Assembly: GCA_964016885.1 (NCBI GenBank)
Contig: OZ024744.1
Location: 25,978,001 to 26,042,000, forward strand
Direction of reading: 5' to 3'
DNA length: 64,000 nucleotides
Origin: Eledone cirrhosa
Taxonomy: Eukaryota
Part shown: positions 37,101 to 52,100 of the stretch, one piece after another
Layout: every line of letters begins with the position of its first letter
Numbering within the stretch: position 1 is the stretch's first letter
Made by a program: the position numbers and the translations under genes
Notes under the pieces: generated by a model
Databases searched by the model: none
Seen by the model: the letters and a program-made list of their open reading frames with translations, nothing else
What the model was told of the DNA's origin: nothing

Positions 37101-40100
37101 TCCGTTGATACCAGACTTTAAGTCCATCTGTGTAACACTGAGGGCCATGTGACTTAAACCATTTCAAACTACCATTGATACCAGCCTTTAAGTCCATCTG
37201 TGTAACACTGAGGGCCATGTGATTTAAATCATGTCAAACAACCGTTGATACCAGCCTTTATGTCCATCTCTGTAAAGCTGAGGGCCATGTGATTTAAACC
37301 ATGTCAAATAACCGTTGATACCAGCCTTTTAGTCCATTTGTGTAACACTGAGTGCCAGGTGATTTAAACCATGTCAAACAACCGTTGATACCAGCCTTTA
37401 AGTCCATTTGTGTAACACTGAGGGCCATGTGATTTAAATCATGTCAAACAACCGGTGATACCAGCCTTTAAGTCCATATGTGTAAAACTGAGGCCATGTG
37501 ATTTAAACCATGTCAAACAACCGTTGATACCAGCCTTTAAGTCCATCTGTGTAAAACTGAGGGCCATGTGATTTAAACCATGTCAAATAACAGTTGATAC
37601 CAGCCTTTTAGTCCATGTGTGTAACACTGAGTGCCAGGTGATTTAAATCATGTCAAACAACCGTTGATACCAGCCTTTAAGTCCATTTGTGTAACACTGA
37701 GTACCAGGTGATTTAAACCATGTCAAATAACCGTAGATACCAGCCTTTAAGTCCATCTATGTAACACTGAGGGACATGTGATTTAAACCATGTCAAACAA
37801 CCATTGATACCAGCCTTTAAGTCCATTTGTGTAACACTGAGGACCATGTGATTTAAACCATGTCAAATAATCGTTGATACGAGCCTTTAAGTCCATCTGT
37901 ATAAAACTGAGGCCATGTGATTTAAACCATGTCAAACAACCGTTGATACCAGCCTTTAAGTCCATCTGTGTAAAACTAAGGCCATGTGATTTAACCCATG
38001 TCAAATAACCGTTGATACCAGCCTTTAAGTCCATCTGTGTAAAACTGAGACCATGTGATTTAAACCATGTCAAAAAACCGTTGATACCAGCTTATTAGTC
38101 CATTTGTGTAACACTGAGTGCCAGGTGATTTAAACCATGTCAAACAACCGTTGATACCAGCCTTTAAGTCCATCTGTGTAAAACTGAGGGCCATGTCATT
38201 TAAACCATGTCAAATAACCGTTGATACCAGCCTTTTAGTCCATGTGTGTAAAACTGAGACCATGTGATTTAAACCATGTCAAACAACCGTTGATACCAGC
38301 CTATTAGTCCATTTGTGTAACACTGAGTGCCAGGCGATTTAAACCATGTCAAACAACCGTTTATACCAGCCTTTAAGTCCATTTGTGTAACACTGAGGGC
38401 CAGGTGACTTAAACCATTTCAAACAACCATTGATACCAGCCTTTAAGTCCATTTGTGTAACATTGAGATCCATGTGATTTAAACCATGTCAAACAACCGT
38501 TGATACCAGCCTTTAAGCCCATTTGTGTAACATTGAGTGCCAAGTGATTTAAACCATGTCAAACAACCGTTGATACCAGCCTTTAAGTCCATTTGTGTAA
38601 GACTGAGTGCCAGGTGATTTAAACCATGTCAAATATCCGTTGATACCAGACTTTAAGTCCATCTGTGTAACACTGAGGGCCATGTGACTTAAACCATTTC
38701 AAACTACCATTGATACCAGCCTTTAAGTCCATCTGTGTAACACTGAGGGCCATGTGATTTAAATCATGTCAAACAACCGTTGATACCAGCCTTTATGTCC
38801 ATCTCTGTAAAGCTGAGGGCCATGTGATTTAAACCATGTCAAATAACCGTTGATACCAGCCTTTTAGTCCATTTGTGTAACACTGAGTGCCAGGTGATTT
38901 AAACCATGTCAAACAACCGTTGATACCAGCCTTTAAGTCCATTTGTGTAACACTGAGGGCCATGTGATTTAAATCATGTCAAACAACCGGTGATACCAGC
39001 CTTTAAGTCCATATGTGTAAAACTGAGGCCATGTGATTTAAACCATGTCAAACAACCGTTGATACCAGCCTTTAAGTCCATCTGTGTAAAACTGAGGGCC
39101 ATGTGATTTAAACCATGTCAAATAACAGTTGATACCAGCCTTTTAGTCCATGTGTGTAACACTGAGTGCCAGGTGATTTAAATCATGTCAAACAACCGTT
39201 GATACCAGCCTTTAAGTCCATTTGTGTAACACTGAGTACCAGGTGATTTAAACCATGTCAAATAACCGTAGATACCAGCCTTTAAGTCCATCTATGTAAC
39301 ACTGAGGGACATGTGATTTAAACCATGTCAAACAACCATTGATACCAGCCTTTAAGTCCATTTGTGTAACACTGAGGGCCATGTGATTTAAACCATGTCA
39401 AATAATCGTTGATACGAGCCTTTAAGTCCATCTGTATAAAACTGAGGCCATGTGATTTAAACCATGTCAAACAACCGTTGATACCAGCCTTTAAGTCCAT
39501 CTGTGTAAAACTAAGGCCATGTGATTTAACCCATGTCAAATAACCGTTGATACCAGCCTTTAAGTCCATCTGTGTAAAACTGAGACCATGTGATTTAAAC
39601 CATGTCAAAAAACCGTTGATACCAGCTTATTAGTCCATTTGTGTAACACTGAGTGCCAGGTGATTTAAACCATGTCAAACAACCGTTGATACCAGCCTTT
39701 AAGTCCATTTGTGTAAGACTGAGTGCCAGGTGATTTAAACCATGTCAAATATCCGTTGATACCAGACTTTAAGTCCATCTGTGTAACACTGAGGGCCATG
39801 TGACTTAAACCATTTCAAACTACCATTGATACCAGCCTTTAAGTCCATCTGTGTAACACTGAGGGCCATGTGATTTAAATCATGTCAAACAACCGTTGAT
39901 ACCAGCCTTTAAGTCCATTTGTGTAAGACTGAGTGCCAGGTGATTTAAACCATGTCAAATATCCGTTGATACCAGACTTTAAGTCCATCTGTGTAAAACT
40001 GAGGGCCATGTGATTTAAACCATGACAAATAACCTTTGATACCAGCCTTTAAGTCCATTTGTGTAACATTGAGATCCATGTAATTTAAACCATGTCAAAC

Positions 40101-43100
40101 AACCGTTGATAACAGCCTTTAAGTCCATTTGTGTAACACTGAGGGCCATGTGATTTAAACCATTTCAAACTACCATTGATACCAGCCTTTAAGTCCATCT
40201 GTGTAAAACTGAGGGCCATGTGATTTAAACCATGACAAATAACCGTTGATACCAGCATTTTAGTCCATTTGTGTAACACTGAGTGCCAGGTGATTTAAAC
40301 CATGTCAAACAACCGTTGATACCAGCCTTTAAGTCCATTTGTGTAACACTGAGGGCCATGTGATTTAAATCATGTCAAACAACCGGTGATACCAGCCTTT
40401 AAGTCCATATGTGTAAAACTGAGGCCATGTGATTTAAACCATGTCAAACAACCGTTGATACCAGCCTTTAAGTCCATCTGTGTAAAACTGAGGCCATGTG
40501 ATTTAAACCATGTCAAATAATCGTTGATACGAGCCTTTAAGTCCATTTGTATAAAACTGAGGGCCATGTGATTTAAACCATGTCAAATAATCGTTGATAC
40601 GAGCCTTTAAGTCCATCTGTGTAACACTGAGTGCCAGGTGATTTAAACCATGTCAAACAACCGTTTATACCAGCCTTTAAGTCCATTTGTGTAACACTGA
40701 GGGCCAGGTGACTTAAACCATTTCAAACAACCATTGATACCAGCATTTAAGTCCATTTGTGTAACATTGAGATCCATGTGATTTAAACCATGTCAAACAA
40801 CCGTTGATACCAGCCTTTAAGTCCATTTGTGTAACATTGAGTGCCAAGTGATTTAAACCATGTCAAACAACCGTTGATACCAGCCTTTAAGTGCATTTGT
40901 GTAAGACTGAGTGCCATGTGACTTAAACCATTTCAAACTACCATTGATACCAGCCTTTAAGTCCATCTGTGTAACACTGAAGGCCATGTGATTTAAATCA
41001 TGTCAAGCAACCGTTGATACCAGCCTTTAAGTCCATCTGTGTAAAGCTGACGGCCATGTGATTTAAACCATGTCAAATAACAGTTGATACCAGCCTTTTA
41101 GTCCATTTGTGTAACACTGAGTGCCAGGTGATTTAAACCATGTCAAACAACCGTTGATACCAGCCTTAAAGTCCATTTGTGTAACACTGAGGGCCATGTG
41201 ATTTAAATCATGTCAAACAACCGGTGATACCAGCCTTTAAGTCCATATGTGTAAAACTGAGGCCATGTGATTTAAACCATGTCAAACAACCGTTGATACC
41301 AGCCTTTAAGTCCATCTGTGTAAAACTGAGGGCCATGTGATTTAAACCATGTCAAATAACAGTTGATACCAGCCTTTTAGTCCATGTGTGTAACACTCAG
41401 TGCCAGGTGATTTAAATCATGTCAGACAACCGTTGATACCAGCCTTTAAGTCCATTTGTGTAACACTGAGCACTGAGTGCCAGGTGATTTAAACCATGTC
41501 AAATAACCGTTGATACCAGCCTTTAAGTCCATCTATGTAACACTGAGGGACATGTGATTTAAACCATGTCAAACAACCATTGATACCAGCCTTTAAGTCC
41601 ATTTGTGTACCACTGAGATCCATGTGATTTAAACCATGTCAAACAACCGTTGATACCAGCCGATAAGCCCATTTGTGTAACATTGAGTGCCAAGTGATTT
41701 AAACCATGTCAAACAACCGTTGATACCAGCCTTTAAGTCCATCTGTGTAAAACTGAGGGCCATGTCATTTAAACCATGTCAAATAACCGTTGATACCAGC
41801 CTTTTAGTCCATGTGTGTAACACTAAGTGCCAGGTGATTTAAATCATGTCAAACAACCGTTGATACCAGCCTTTAAGTCCATCTGTGTAAAACTGAGGCC
41901 ATGTGATTTAAACCATGTCAAATAATCGTTGATACGAGCCTTTAAGTCCATCTGTATAAAACTGAGGGCCATGTGATTTAAACCATGTCAAATAATCGTT
42001 GATACGAGCCTTTAAGTCCATCTGTGTAACACTGAGTGCCAGGTGATTTAAACCATGTCAAACAACCGTTGATACCAGCCTTTAAGTCCATCTGTGTAAA
42101 ACTAAGGCCATGTGATTTAACACATGTCAAATAACCGTTGATACCAGCCTTTAAGTCCATCTGTGTAAAACTGAGACCATGTGATTTAAACCATGTCAAA
42201 CAACCGTTGATACCAGCCTATTAGACCATTTGTGTAACACTGAGTGCCAGGCGATTTAAACCATGTCAAACAACCGTTTATACCAGCCTTTAAGTCCATT
42301 TGTGTAACACTGAGGGCCAGGTGACTTAAACCATTTCAAACAACCATTGATACCAGCCTTTAAGTCCATTTGTGTAACATTGAGATCCATGTGATTTAAA
42401 CCATGTCAAACAACCGTTGATACCAGCCTTTAAGCCCATTTGTGTAACATTGAGTGCCAAGTGATTTAAACCATGTCAAACAACCGTTGATACCAGCCTT
42501 TAAGTCCATTTGTGTAAGACTGAGTGCCAGGTGATTTAAACCATGTCAAATATCCGTTGATACCAGACTTTAAGTCCATCTGTGTAACACTGAGGGCCAT
42601 GTGACTTAAACCATTTCAAACTACCATTGATACCAGCCTTTAAGTCCATCTGTGTAACACTGAGGGCCATGTGATTTAAATCATGTCAAACAACCGTTGA
42701 TACCAGCCTTTATGTCCATCTCTGTAAAGCTGAGGGCCATGTGATTTAAACCATGTCAAATAACCGTTGATACCAGCCTTTTAGTCCATTTGTGTAACAC
42801 TGAGTGCCAGGTGATTTAAACCATGTCAAACAACCGTTGATACCAGCCTTTAAGTCCATTTGTGTAACACTGAGGGCCATGTGATTTAAATCATGTCAAA
42901 CAACCGGTGATACCAGCCTTTAAGTCCATATGTGTAAAACTGAGGCCATGTGATTTAAACCATGTCAAACAACCGTTGATACCAGCCTTTAAGTCCATCT
43001 GTGTAAAACTGAGGGCCATGTGATTTAAACCATGTCAAATAACAGTTGATACCAGCCTTTTAGTCCATGTGTGTAACACTGAGTGCCAGGTGATTTAAAT

Positions 43101-46100
43101 CATGTCAAACAACCGTTGATACCAGCCTTTAAGTCCATTTGTGTAACACTGAGTACCAGGTGATTTAAACCATGTCAAATAACCGTAGATACCAGCCTTT
43201 AAGTCCATCTATGTAACACTGAGGGACATGTGATTTAAACCATGTCAAACAACCATTGATACCAGCCTTTAAGTCCATTTGTGTAACACTGAGGGCCATG
43301 TGATTTAAACCATGTCAAATAATCGTTGATACGAGCCTTTAAGTCCATCTGTATAAAACTGAGGCCATGTGATTTAAACCATGTCAAACAACCGTTGATA
43401 CCAGCCTTTAAGTCCATCTGTGTACAACTAAGGCCATGTGATTTAACCCATGTCAAATAACCGTTGATACCAGCCTTTAAGTCCATCTGTGTAAAACTGA
43501 GACCATGTGATTTAAACCATGTCAAAAAACCGTTGATACCAGCTTATTAGTCCATTTGTGTAACACTGAGTGCCAGGTGATTTAAACCATGTCAAACAAC
43601 CGTTGATACCAGCCTTTAAGTCCATTTGTGTAAGACTGAGTGCCAGGTGATTTAAACCATGTCAAATATCCGTTGATACCAGACTTTAAGTCCATCTGTG
43701 TAACACTGAGGGCCATGTGACTTAAACCATTTCAAACTACCATTGATACCAGCCTTTAAGTCCATCTGTGTAACACTGAGGGCCATGTGATTTAAATCAT
43801 GTCAAACAACCGTTGATACCAGCCTTTAAGTCCATTTGTGTAAGACTGAGTGCCAGGTGATTTAAACCATGTCAAATATCCGTTGATACCAGACTTTAAG
43901 TCCATCTGTGTAAAACTGAGGGCCATGTGATTTAAACCATGACAAATAACCTTTGATACCAGCCTTTAAGTCCATTTGTGTAACATTGAGATCCATGTAA
44001 TTTAAACCATGTCAAACAACCGTTGATACCAGCCTTTAAGTCCATTTGTGTAACACTGAGGGCCATGTGATTTAAACCATTTCAAACTACCATTGATACC
44101 AGCCTTTAAGTCCATCTGTGTAAAACTGAGGGCCATGTGATTTAAACCATGACAAATAACCGTTGATACCAGCATTTTAGTCCATTTGTGTAACACTGAG
44201 TGCCAGGTGATTTAAAACATGTCAAACAACCGTTGATACCAGCCTTTAAGTCCATCTGTGTAAAACTGAGGCCATGTGATTTAAACCATGTCAAACAACC
44301 GTTGATACCAGCCTTTAAGTCCATCTGTGTAAAACTGAGGCCATGTGATTTAAACCATGTCAAATAATCGTTGATACGAGCCTTTAAGTCCATCTGTATA
44401 AAACTGAGGGCCATGTGATTTAAACCATGTCAAATAATCGTTGATACGAGCCTTTAAGTCCATCTGTGTAACACTGAGTGCCAGGTGATTTAAACCATGT
44501 CAAACAACCGTTTATACCAGCCTTTAAGTCCATTTGTGTAACACTGAGGGCCAGGTGACTTAAACCATTTCAAACAACCATTGATACCAGCATTTAAGTC
44601 CATTTGTGTAACATTGAGATCCATGTGATTTAAACCATGTCAAACAACCGTTGATACCAGCCTTTAAGTCCATTTGTGTAACATTGAGTGCCAAGTGATT
44701 TAAACCATGTCAAACAACCGTTGATACCAGCCTTTAAGTGCATTTGTGTAAGACTGAGTGCCATGTGACTTAAACCATTTCAAACTACCATTGATACCAG
44801 CCTTTAAGTCCATCTGTGTAACACTGAAGGCCATGTGATTTAAATCATGTCAAGCAACCGTTGATACCAGCCTTTAAGTCCATCTGTGTAAAGCTGACGG
44901 CCATGTGATTTAAACCATGTCAAATAACAGTTGATACCAGCCTTTTAGTCCATTTGTGTAACACTGAGTGCCAGGTGATTTAAACCATGTCAAACAACCG
45001 TTGATACCAGCCTTTAAGTCCATTTGTGTAACACTGAGGGCCATGTGATTTAAATCATGTCAAACAACCGGTGATACCAGCCTTTAAGTCCATATGTGTA
45101 AAACTGAGGCCATGTGATTTAAACCATGTCAAACAACCGTTGATACCAGCCTTTAAGTCCATCTGTGTAAAACTGAGGGCCATGTGATTTAAACCATGTC
45201 AAATAACAGTTGATACCAGCCTTTTAGTCCATGTGTGTAACACTCAGTGCCAGGTGATTTAAATCATGTCAGACAACCGTTGATACCAGCCTTTAAGTCC
45301 ATTTGTGTAACACTGAGCACTGAGTGCCAGGTGATTTAAACCATGTCAAATAACCGTTGATACCAGCCTTTAAGTCCATCTATGTAACACTGAGGGACAT
45401 GTGATTTAAACCATGTCAAACAACCATTGATACCAGCCTTTAAGTCCATTTGTGTACCACTGAGATCCATGTGATTTAAACCATGTCAAACAACCGTTGA
45501 TACCAGCCGATAAGCCCATTTGTGTAACATTGAGTGCCAAGTGATTTAAACCATGTCAAACAACCGTTGATACCAGCCTTTAAGTCCATTTGTGTAAGAC
45601 TGAGTGCCAGGTGATTTAAACCATGTCAAATATCCGTTGATACCAGACTTTAAGTCCATCTGTGTAACACTGAGGGCCATGTGACTTAAACCATTTCAAA
45701 CTACCATTGATACCAGCCTTTAAGTCCATCTGTGTAACACTGAGGGCCATGTGATTTAAATCATGTCAAACAACCGTTGATACCAGCCTTTATGTCCATC
45801 TCTGTAAAGCTGAGGGCCATGTGATTTAAACCATGTCAAATAACCGTTGATACCAGCCTTTTAGTCCATTTGTGTAACACTGAGTGCCAGGTGATTTAAA
45901 CCATGTCAAACAACCGTTGATACCAGCCTTTAAGTCCATTTGTGTAACACTGAGGGCCATGTGATTTAAATCATGTCAAACAACCGGTGATACCAGCCTT
46001 TAAGTCCATATGTGTAAAACTGAGGCCATGTGATTTAAACCATGTCAAACAACCGTTGATACCAGCCTTTAAGTCCATCTGTGTAAAACTGAGGGCCATG

Positions 46101-49100
46101 TGATTTAAACCATGTCAAATAACAGTTGATACCAGCCTTATTAGTCCATGTGTGTAACACTGAGCGCCAGGTGATTTAAATCATGTCAAACAACCGTTGA
46201 TACCAGCCTTTAAGTCCATTTGTGTAACACTGATTACCAGGTGATTTAAACCATGTCAAATAACCGTTGATACCAGCCTTTAAGTCCATCTATGTAACAC
46301 TGAGGGACATGTGATTTAAACCATGTCAAACAACCATTGATACCAGCCTTTAAGTCCATTTGTGTAACACTGAGGGCCATGTGATTTAAACCATGTCAAA
46401 TAATCGTTGATACGAGCCTTTAAGTCCATCTGTATAAAACTGAGGCCATGTGATTTAAACCATGTCAAACAACCGTTGATACCAGCCTTTAAGTCCATCT
46501 GTGTAAAACTAAGGCCATGTGATTCAACCCATGTCAAATAACCGTTGATACCAGCCTTTAAGTCCATCTGTGTAAAACTGAGACCATGTGATTTAAACCA
46601 TGTCCAAAAACCGTTGAATCCAGCCTATTAGTCCATTTGTGTAACACTGAGTGCCATGTGATTTAAACCATGTCAAACAACCGTTGATACCAGCCTTTAA
46701 GTCCATCTGTGTAACATTGAGATCCATGTGATTTAAACCATTTCAAAAAACAATTGATACCAGCCTTTAAGTCCATATGTGTAAAACTGACGGCCATGTA
46801 ATTTAAACCATATCAAATAACCGTTAATACCAGCCTTTTAGTCCATCTGTGTAAAACTGAGAGCCAGGTGATTTGAACCATGTCAAACAACCGTTGATAC
46901 CAGCCTTTATGTCCATCTGTGTAAAACTGAGGCCATGTGATTTAAACCATGTTAAGCAACCGTTGATACGAGCCTTTAAGTCCATCTGTGTAAAACTGAC
47001 GGCCATGTGATTTAAACCATGTCAAATAACCGTTGATACCAGCATTTTAGTCCATTTGTGTAACACTGAGGCCATGTGATTTAAATCATGTCAAACAACC
47101 GTTTATACCAGCATTTTAGTCCATCTGTGTAACACTGAGTGCCAGGTGATTTAAACCATGTCAAACAACCGTTGATACCAACCTTTAAGTCCATTTGTGT
47201 AACACTGAGGGCCATGTGACTTAAACCATTTCAATCCATTTGTATAACACTGAGGGCCATGTGACTTAAACCATTTCAAAAAACAATTGATACCAGCCTT
47301 TAAGTCGATCTGTGTAAAACTGAGGCCATGTGATTTAAACCATGTCAAACAACCGTTGATACCAGCCTTTAAGTTCATCTGTGTAAAACTGAGGCCATAT
47401 GATATAAACCATGTCAAATAACCGTTGATACCAGCCTTTTAGTCCATTTGGGTTACACTAAGTGCCAGGTGATATAAACCATGTCAAAAAACCGTTGATA
47501 CCAGCCTTTAAGTCCATTTGTGTAACACTGAGTGCCAAGTGATTTAAACCATGTCAAATATCCTTTGATACCAGCCTTTAAGTCGATCTGTGTAACACTG
47601 AGGGCCGTGTGATTTAAACCATGTCAAACAACCGTTGATACCAGCCTTTAAGTCCATCTGTGTAAAACTGAGGCCATATGATATAAAACATGTCAAATAA
47701 CCGTTGATACCAGCCTTTTAGTCCATTTGTGTAACACTGAGTGCCACGTGATATAAACCATGTCAAACAACCGTTGATACCAGCCTTTAAGTCCATTTGT
47801 GTAACATTGAGTGCCAATTGATTTAAACCATGTCAAACAACCGTTGATACCAGCCTTTAAGTCCATCTGTGTAAAACTGAGGCCATGTGATTTAAACCAT
47901 GTCAAGCAACTGTTGATACCAGCCAGTTAGTCCATTTGGGTTACACTGAGTGCCAGGTGATATAAACCATGTCAAAAAACCGTTGATACCAGCCTTTAAG
48001 CCCATTTGTGTAACACTGAGTGCCAAGTGATTTAAACGATGTCAAATATCCGTTGATACCAGCCTTTAAGTCGATCTGTGTAACACTGAGGGCCATGTGA
48101 CTTAAGCCATTTCAAAAAACAATTGATACCAGCCTTTAAGTCCATCTGTGTAACACTGAGGGCCATTTGATTTCAACCATTTCAAACAACCGTTGATACC
48201 AGCTTTTAACTCCATCTGTGTAAAACTGAGGCCATGTGATTTAAACCATGTCAAATAACCGTTGATACCAGCCTTTTAGTCCATTTGTGTAACACTGAGT
48301 GCCAGGTGATATAAACCATGTCAAACAACCGTTGATACCAGCCTTTAAGTGCATTTGTGTAACATTGAGTGCCAAGTGATTTAAACCATGTCAAACATCC
48401 GTTGATACCAGCCTTTAAGTCCATTTGTGTAATACTGAGTGCCAGGTGATTTAAACCATGTCAAATATCCGTTGATACCAGCCTTTAAGTCCATCTGTGT
48501 AACAGTGAGGGCCATGTGACTTAAACCATTTCAAACAACCATTGATACCTGCCTTTAAGTCCATCTGTTTAAAACTGAGGGCCATGTGATTTAAACCATG
48601 TCAAATAACCGTTAATACCAGCCTTTTAGTCCATCTGTGTAAAACTGAGAGCCAGGTGATTTGAACCATGTCAAACAACCGTTGATACCAGCCTTTAAGT
48701 CCATCTGTGTAAAACTGAGGCTATGTGATTTAAACCATGTCAAGCAACCGTTGATACCAGCCTTTAAGTCCATCTGTGTAAAACTGACGGCCATGTGATT
48801 TAAACCATGTCAAATAACCGTTGATACCAGCCTTTTAGTCCATTTGATTAACACTGAGTGCCAGGTGATTTAAACCATGTCAAACAACTGTTGATACCAG
48901 CCTTTAAGTCCATTTGTGTAACACTGAGGGCCATGTGATTTAAATCATGTCAAACAACCGGTGATACCAGCCTTTAAGTCCATCTGTGTAAAACTGAGGC
49001 CATGTGATTTAAACCATGTCAAACAACCGTTGATACCAGCCTTTAAGTCCATCTGTGTAAAACTGACGGCCATGTGAGTGATTTAAACCATGTCAAATAA

Positions 49101-52100
49101 CCGTTGATACCAGCCTTTTAGTCCATGTGTGTAACAATGAGTGCCAGCTGATTTAAATCATGTCAAACAACCGTTGATAACAGCCTTTAAGTCCATTTGT
49201 GTAACACTGAGTGCCAGGTGATTTAAACCATGTCAAATAACCATTGATACCAGCCTTTAAGTCCATCTGTGTAACACTGAGGGCCATGTGATTTAAACCA
49301 TGTCAAACAACCATTGATACCAGCCTTTAAGTCCATTTGTATAACACTGAGGGCCATGTGACTTAAACCATTTCAAACAACCAGTGATACCAGCCTTTAA
49401 GTCCATTTCTGTAACACTAAGGGCCATGTGATTTAAACCATGTCAAATAACCGTTGATACGAGCCTTTAAGTCCATCTGTGTAAAACTGAGGCCATGTGA
49501 TTTAAACCATGTCAAGCAACTGTTGATACCAGCCTTTAAGTCCATCTGTGTAAAACTGACGGCCATGTGATTTAAACCATGTCAAACAACCGTTGATACC
49601 AGCCTTTAAGTCCATTTGTGTAAGACTGAGTGCCAGGTGATTTAAACCATGTCAAACAACCGTTTATACCAGCATTTTAGTCCATTTGTGTAACACTGAG
49701 TGCCAGGTGATTTAAACCATGTCAAACAACCGTTGATACCAACCTTTAAGTCCATTTGTGTAACACTGAGGCCATATGATTTAAACCATGTCAAACAACC
49801 GTTGATACCAGCCTTTAAGTCCATCTGTGTAAAACTGAGGCCTTGTGATTTAAACCATGTCAAACAACCGTTGATACCTGCCTTTAAGTCCATCTGTGTA
49901 AGACTGATGGCCATGTGATTTAAACCATGTCAAATAACCTTTGATACCAGCCTTTTAGTCCATGTGTGTAACACTGAGTGCCAGGTGATTTAAACCATGT
50001 CAAATAACCGTTGATACCAGCCTTTAAGTCCATCTGTGTAACACTGAGGACCAGGTGATTTAAACCATTTCAAACAACTATTGATACCAGCCTTTATGTA
50101 CATCTGTGTAAAACTGAGGCCTTGTGATTTAATCCATGTCAAACAACCGTTGATACCAGACTTTAAGTCCATCTGTGTAAAACTGAGGGCTATGTGATTT
50201 AAACCATGTCAAATAACCGTTGATACCAGCCTTTAAGTCCATCTGTGTAACACTGAGTGCCAGGTGATTTAAACCATCTCAAACAACTGTTGATACCAGC
50301 CTTTAAGTCCATTTGTGTAACACTGAGGGCCATGTGATTTAAACCATGTCAAACAACCGGTGATCCCAGCCTTTAAGTCGATTTGTGTAACACTGAGGCC
50401 CATGTGACTTAAACCATTTCAAAAAACAATTGATACCAGCCTTTAAGTCCATCTGTGTAACACTGAGGGCCATGTGATTTAAACCATGTCAAATAACCGT
50501 TTATACCAGCCTTTACGTCCATCTGTGTGAAACTGAGGCCATGTGATTTAAACCATGTCAAACAACCGTTGATACCAGCCTTTAAGTCCATCTGTGTAAA
50601 ACTGAGGCCATATGATATAATCCATGTCAAACAACCGTTGATACCAGCCAGTTAGTCCATTTGGGTTACACTGAGTGCCAGGTGATATAAACCATGTCAA
50701 AAAACCGTTGATACCAGCCTTTAAGCCCATTTGTATAACACTGAGTGCCAAGTGATTTAAACGATGTCAAATATCCGTTGATACCAGCCTTTAAGTCGAT
50801 CTGTGTAACACTGAGGGCCATGTGACTTAAGCCATTTCAAAAAACAATTGATACCAGCCTTTAAGTCCATCTGTGTAACACTGAGGGCCATTTGATTTCA
50901 ACCATTTCAAACAACCGTTGATACCAGCTTTTAACTCCATCTGTGTAAAACTGAGGCCATGTGATTTAAACCATGTCAAATAACCGTTGATACCAGCCTT
51001 TTAGTCCATTTGTGTAACACTGAGTGCCAGGTGATATAAACCATGTCAAACAACCGTCGATACCAGCCTTTAAGTGCATTTGTGTAAAATTGAGTGCCAA
51101 GTGATTTAAACCATGTCAAACATCCGTTGATACCAGCCTTTAAGTCCATTTGTGTAATACTGAGTGCCAGGTGATTTAAACCATGTCAAATATCCGTTGA
51201 TACCAGCCTTTAAGTCCATCTGTGTAACAGTGAGGGCCATGTGACTTAAACCATTTCAAACAACCATTGATACCTGCCTTTAAGTCCATCTGTTTAAAAC
51301 TGAGGGCCATGTGATTTAAACCATGTCAAATAACCGTTAATACCAGCCTTTTAGTCCATCTGTGTAAAACTGAGAGCCAGGTGATTTGAACCATGTCAAA
51401 CAACCGTTGATACCAGCCTTTAAGTCCATCTGTGTAAAACTGAGGCTATGTGATTTAAACCATGTCAAGCAACCGTTGATACCAGCCTTTAAGTCCATCT
51501 GTGTAAAACTGACGGCCATGTGATTTAAACCATGTCAAATAACCGTTGATACCAGCCTTTTAGTCCATTTGATTAACACTGAGTGCCAGGTGATTTAAAC
51601 CATGTCAAACAACTGTTGATACCAGCCTTTAAGTCCATTTGTGTAACACTGAGGGCCATGTGATTTAAATCATGTCAAACAACCGGTGATACCAGCCTTT
51701 AAGTCCATCTGTGTAAAACTGAGGCCATGTGATTTAAACCATGTCAAACAACCGTTGATACCAGCCTTTAAGTCCATCTGTGTAAAACTGACGGCCATGT
51801 GAGTGATTTAAACCATGTCAAATAACCGTTGATACCAGCCTTTTAGTCCATGTGTGTAACAATGAGTGCCAGCTGATTTAAATCATGTCAAACAACCGTT
51901 GATAACAGCCTTTAAGTCCATTTGTGTAACACTGAGTGCCAGGTGATTTAAACCATGTCAAATAACCATTGATACCAGCCTTTAAGTCCATCTGTGTAAC
52001 ACTGAGGGCCATGTGATTTAAACCATGTCAAACAACCATTGATACCAGCCTTTAAGTCCATTTGTATAACACTGAGGGCCATGTGACTTAAACCATTTCA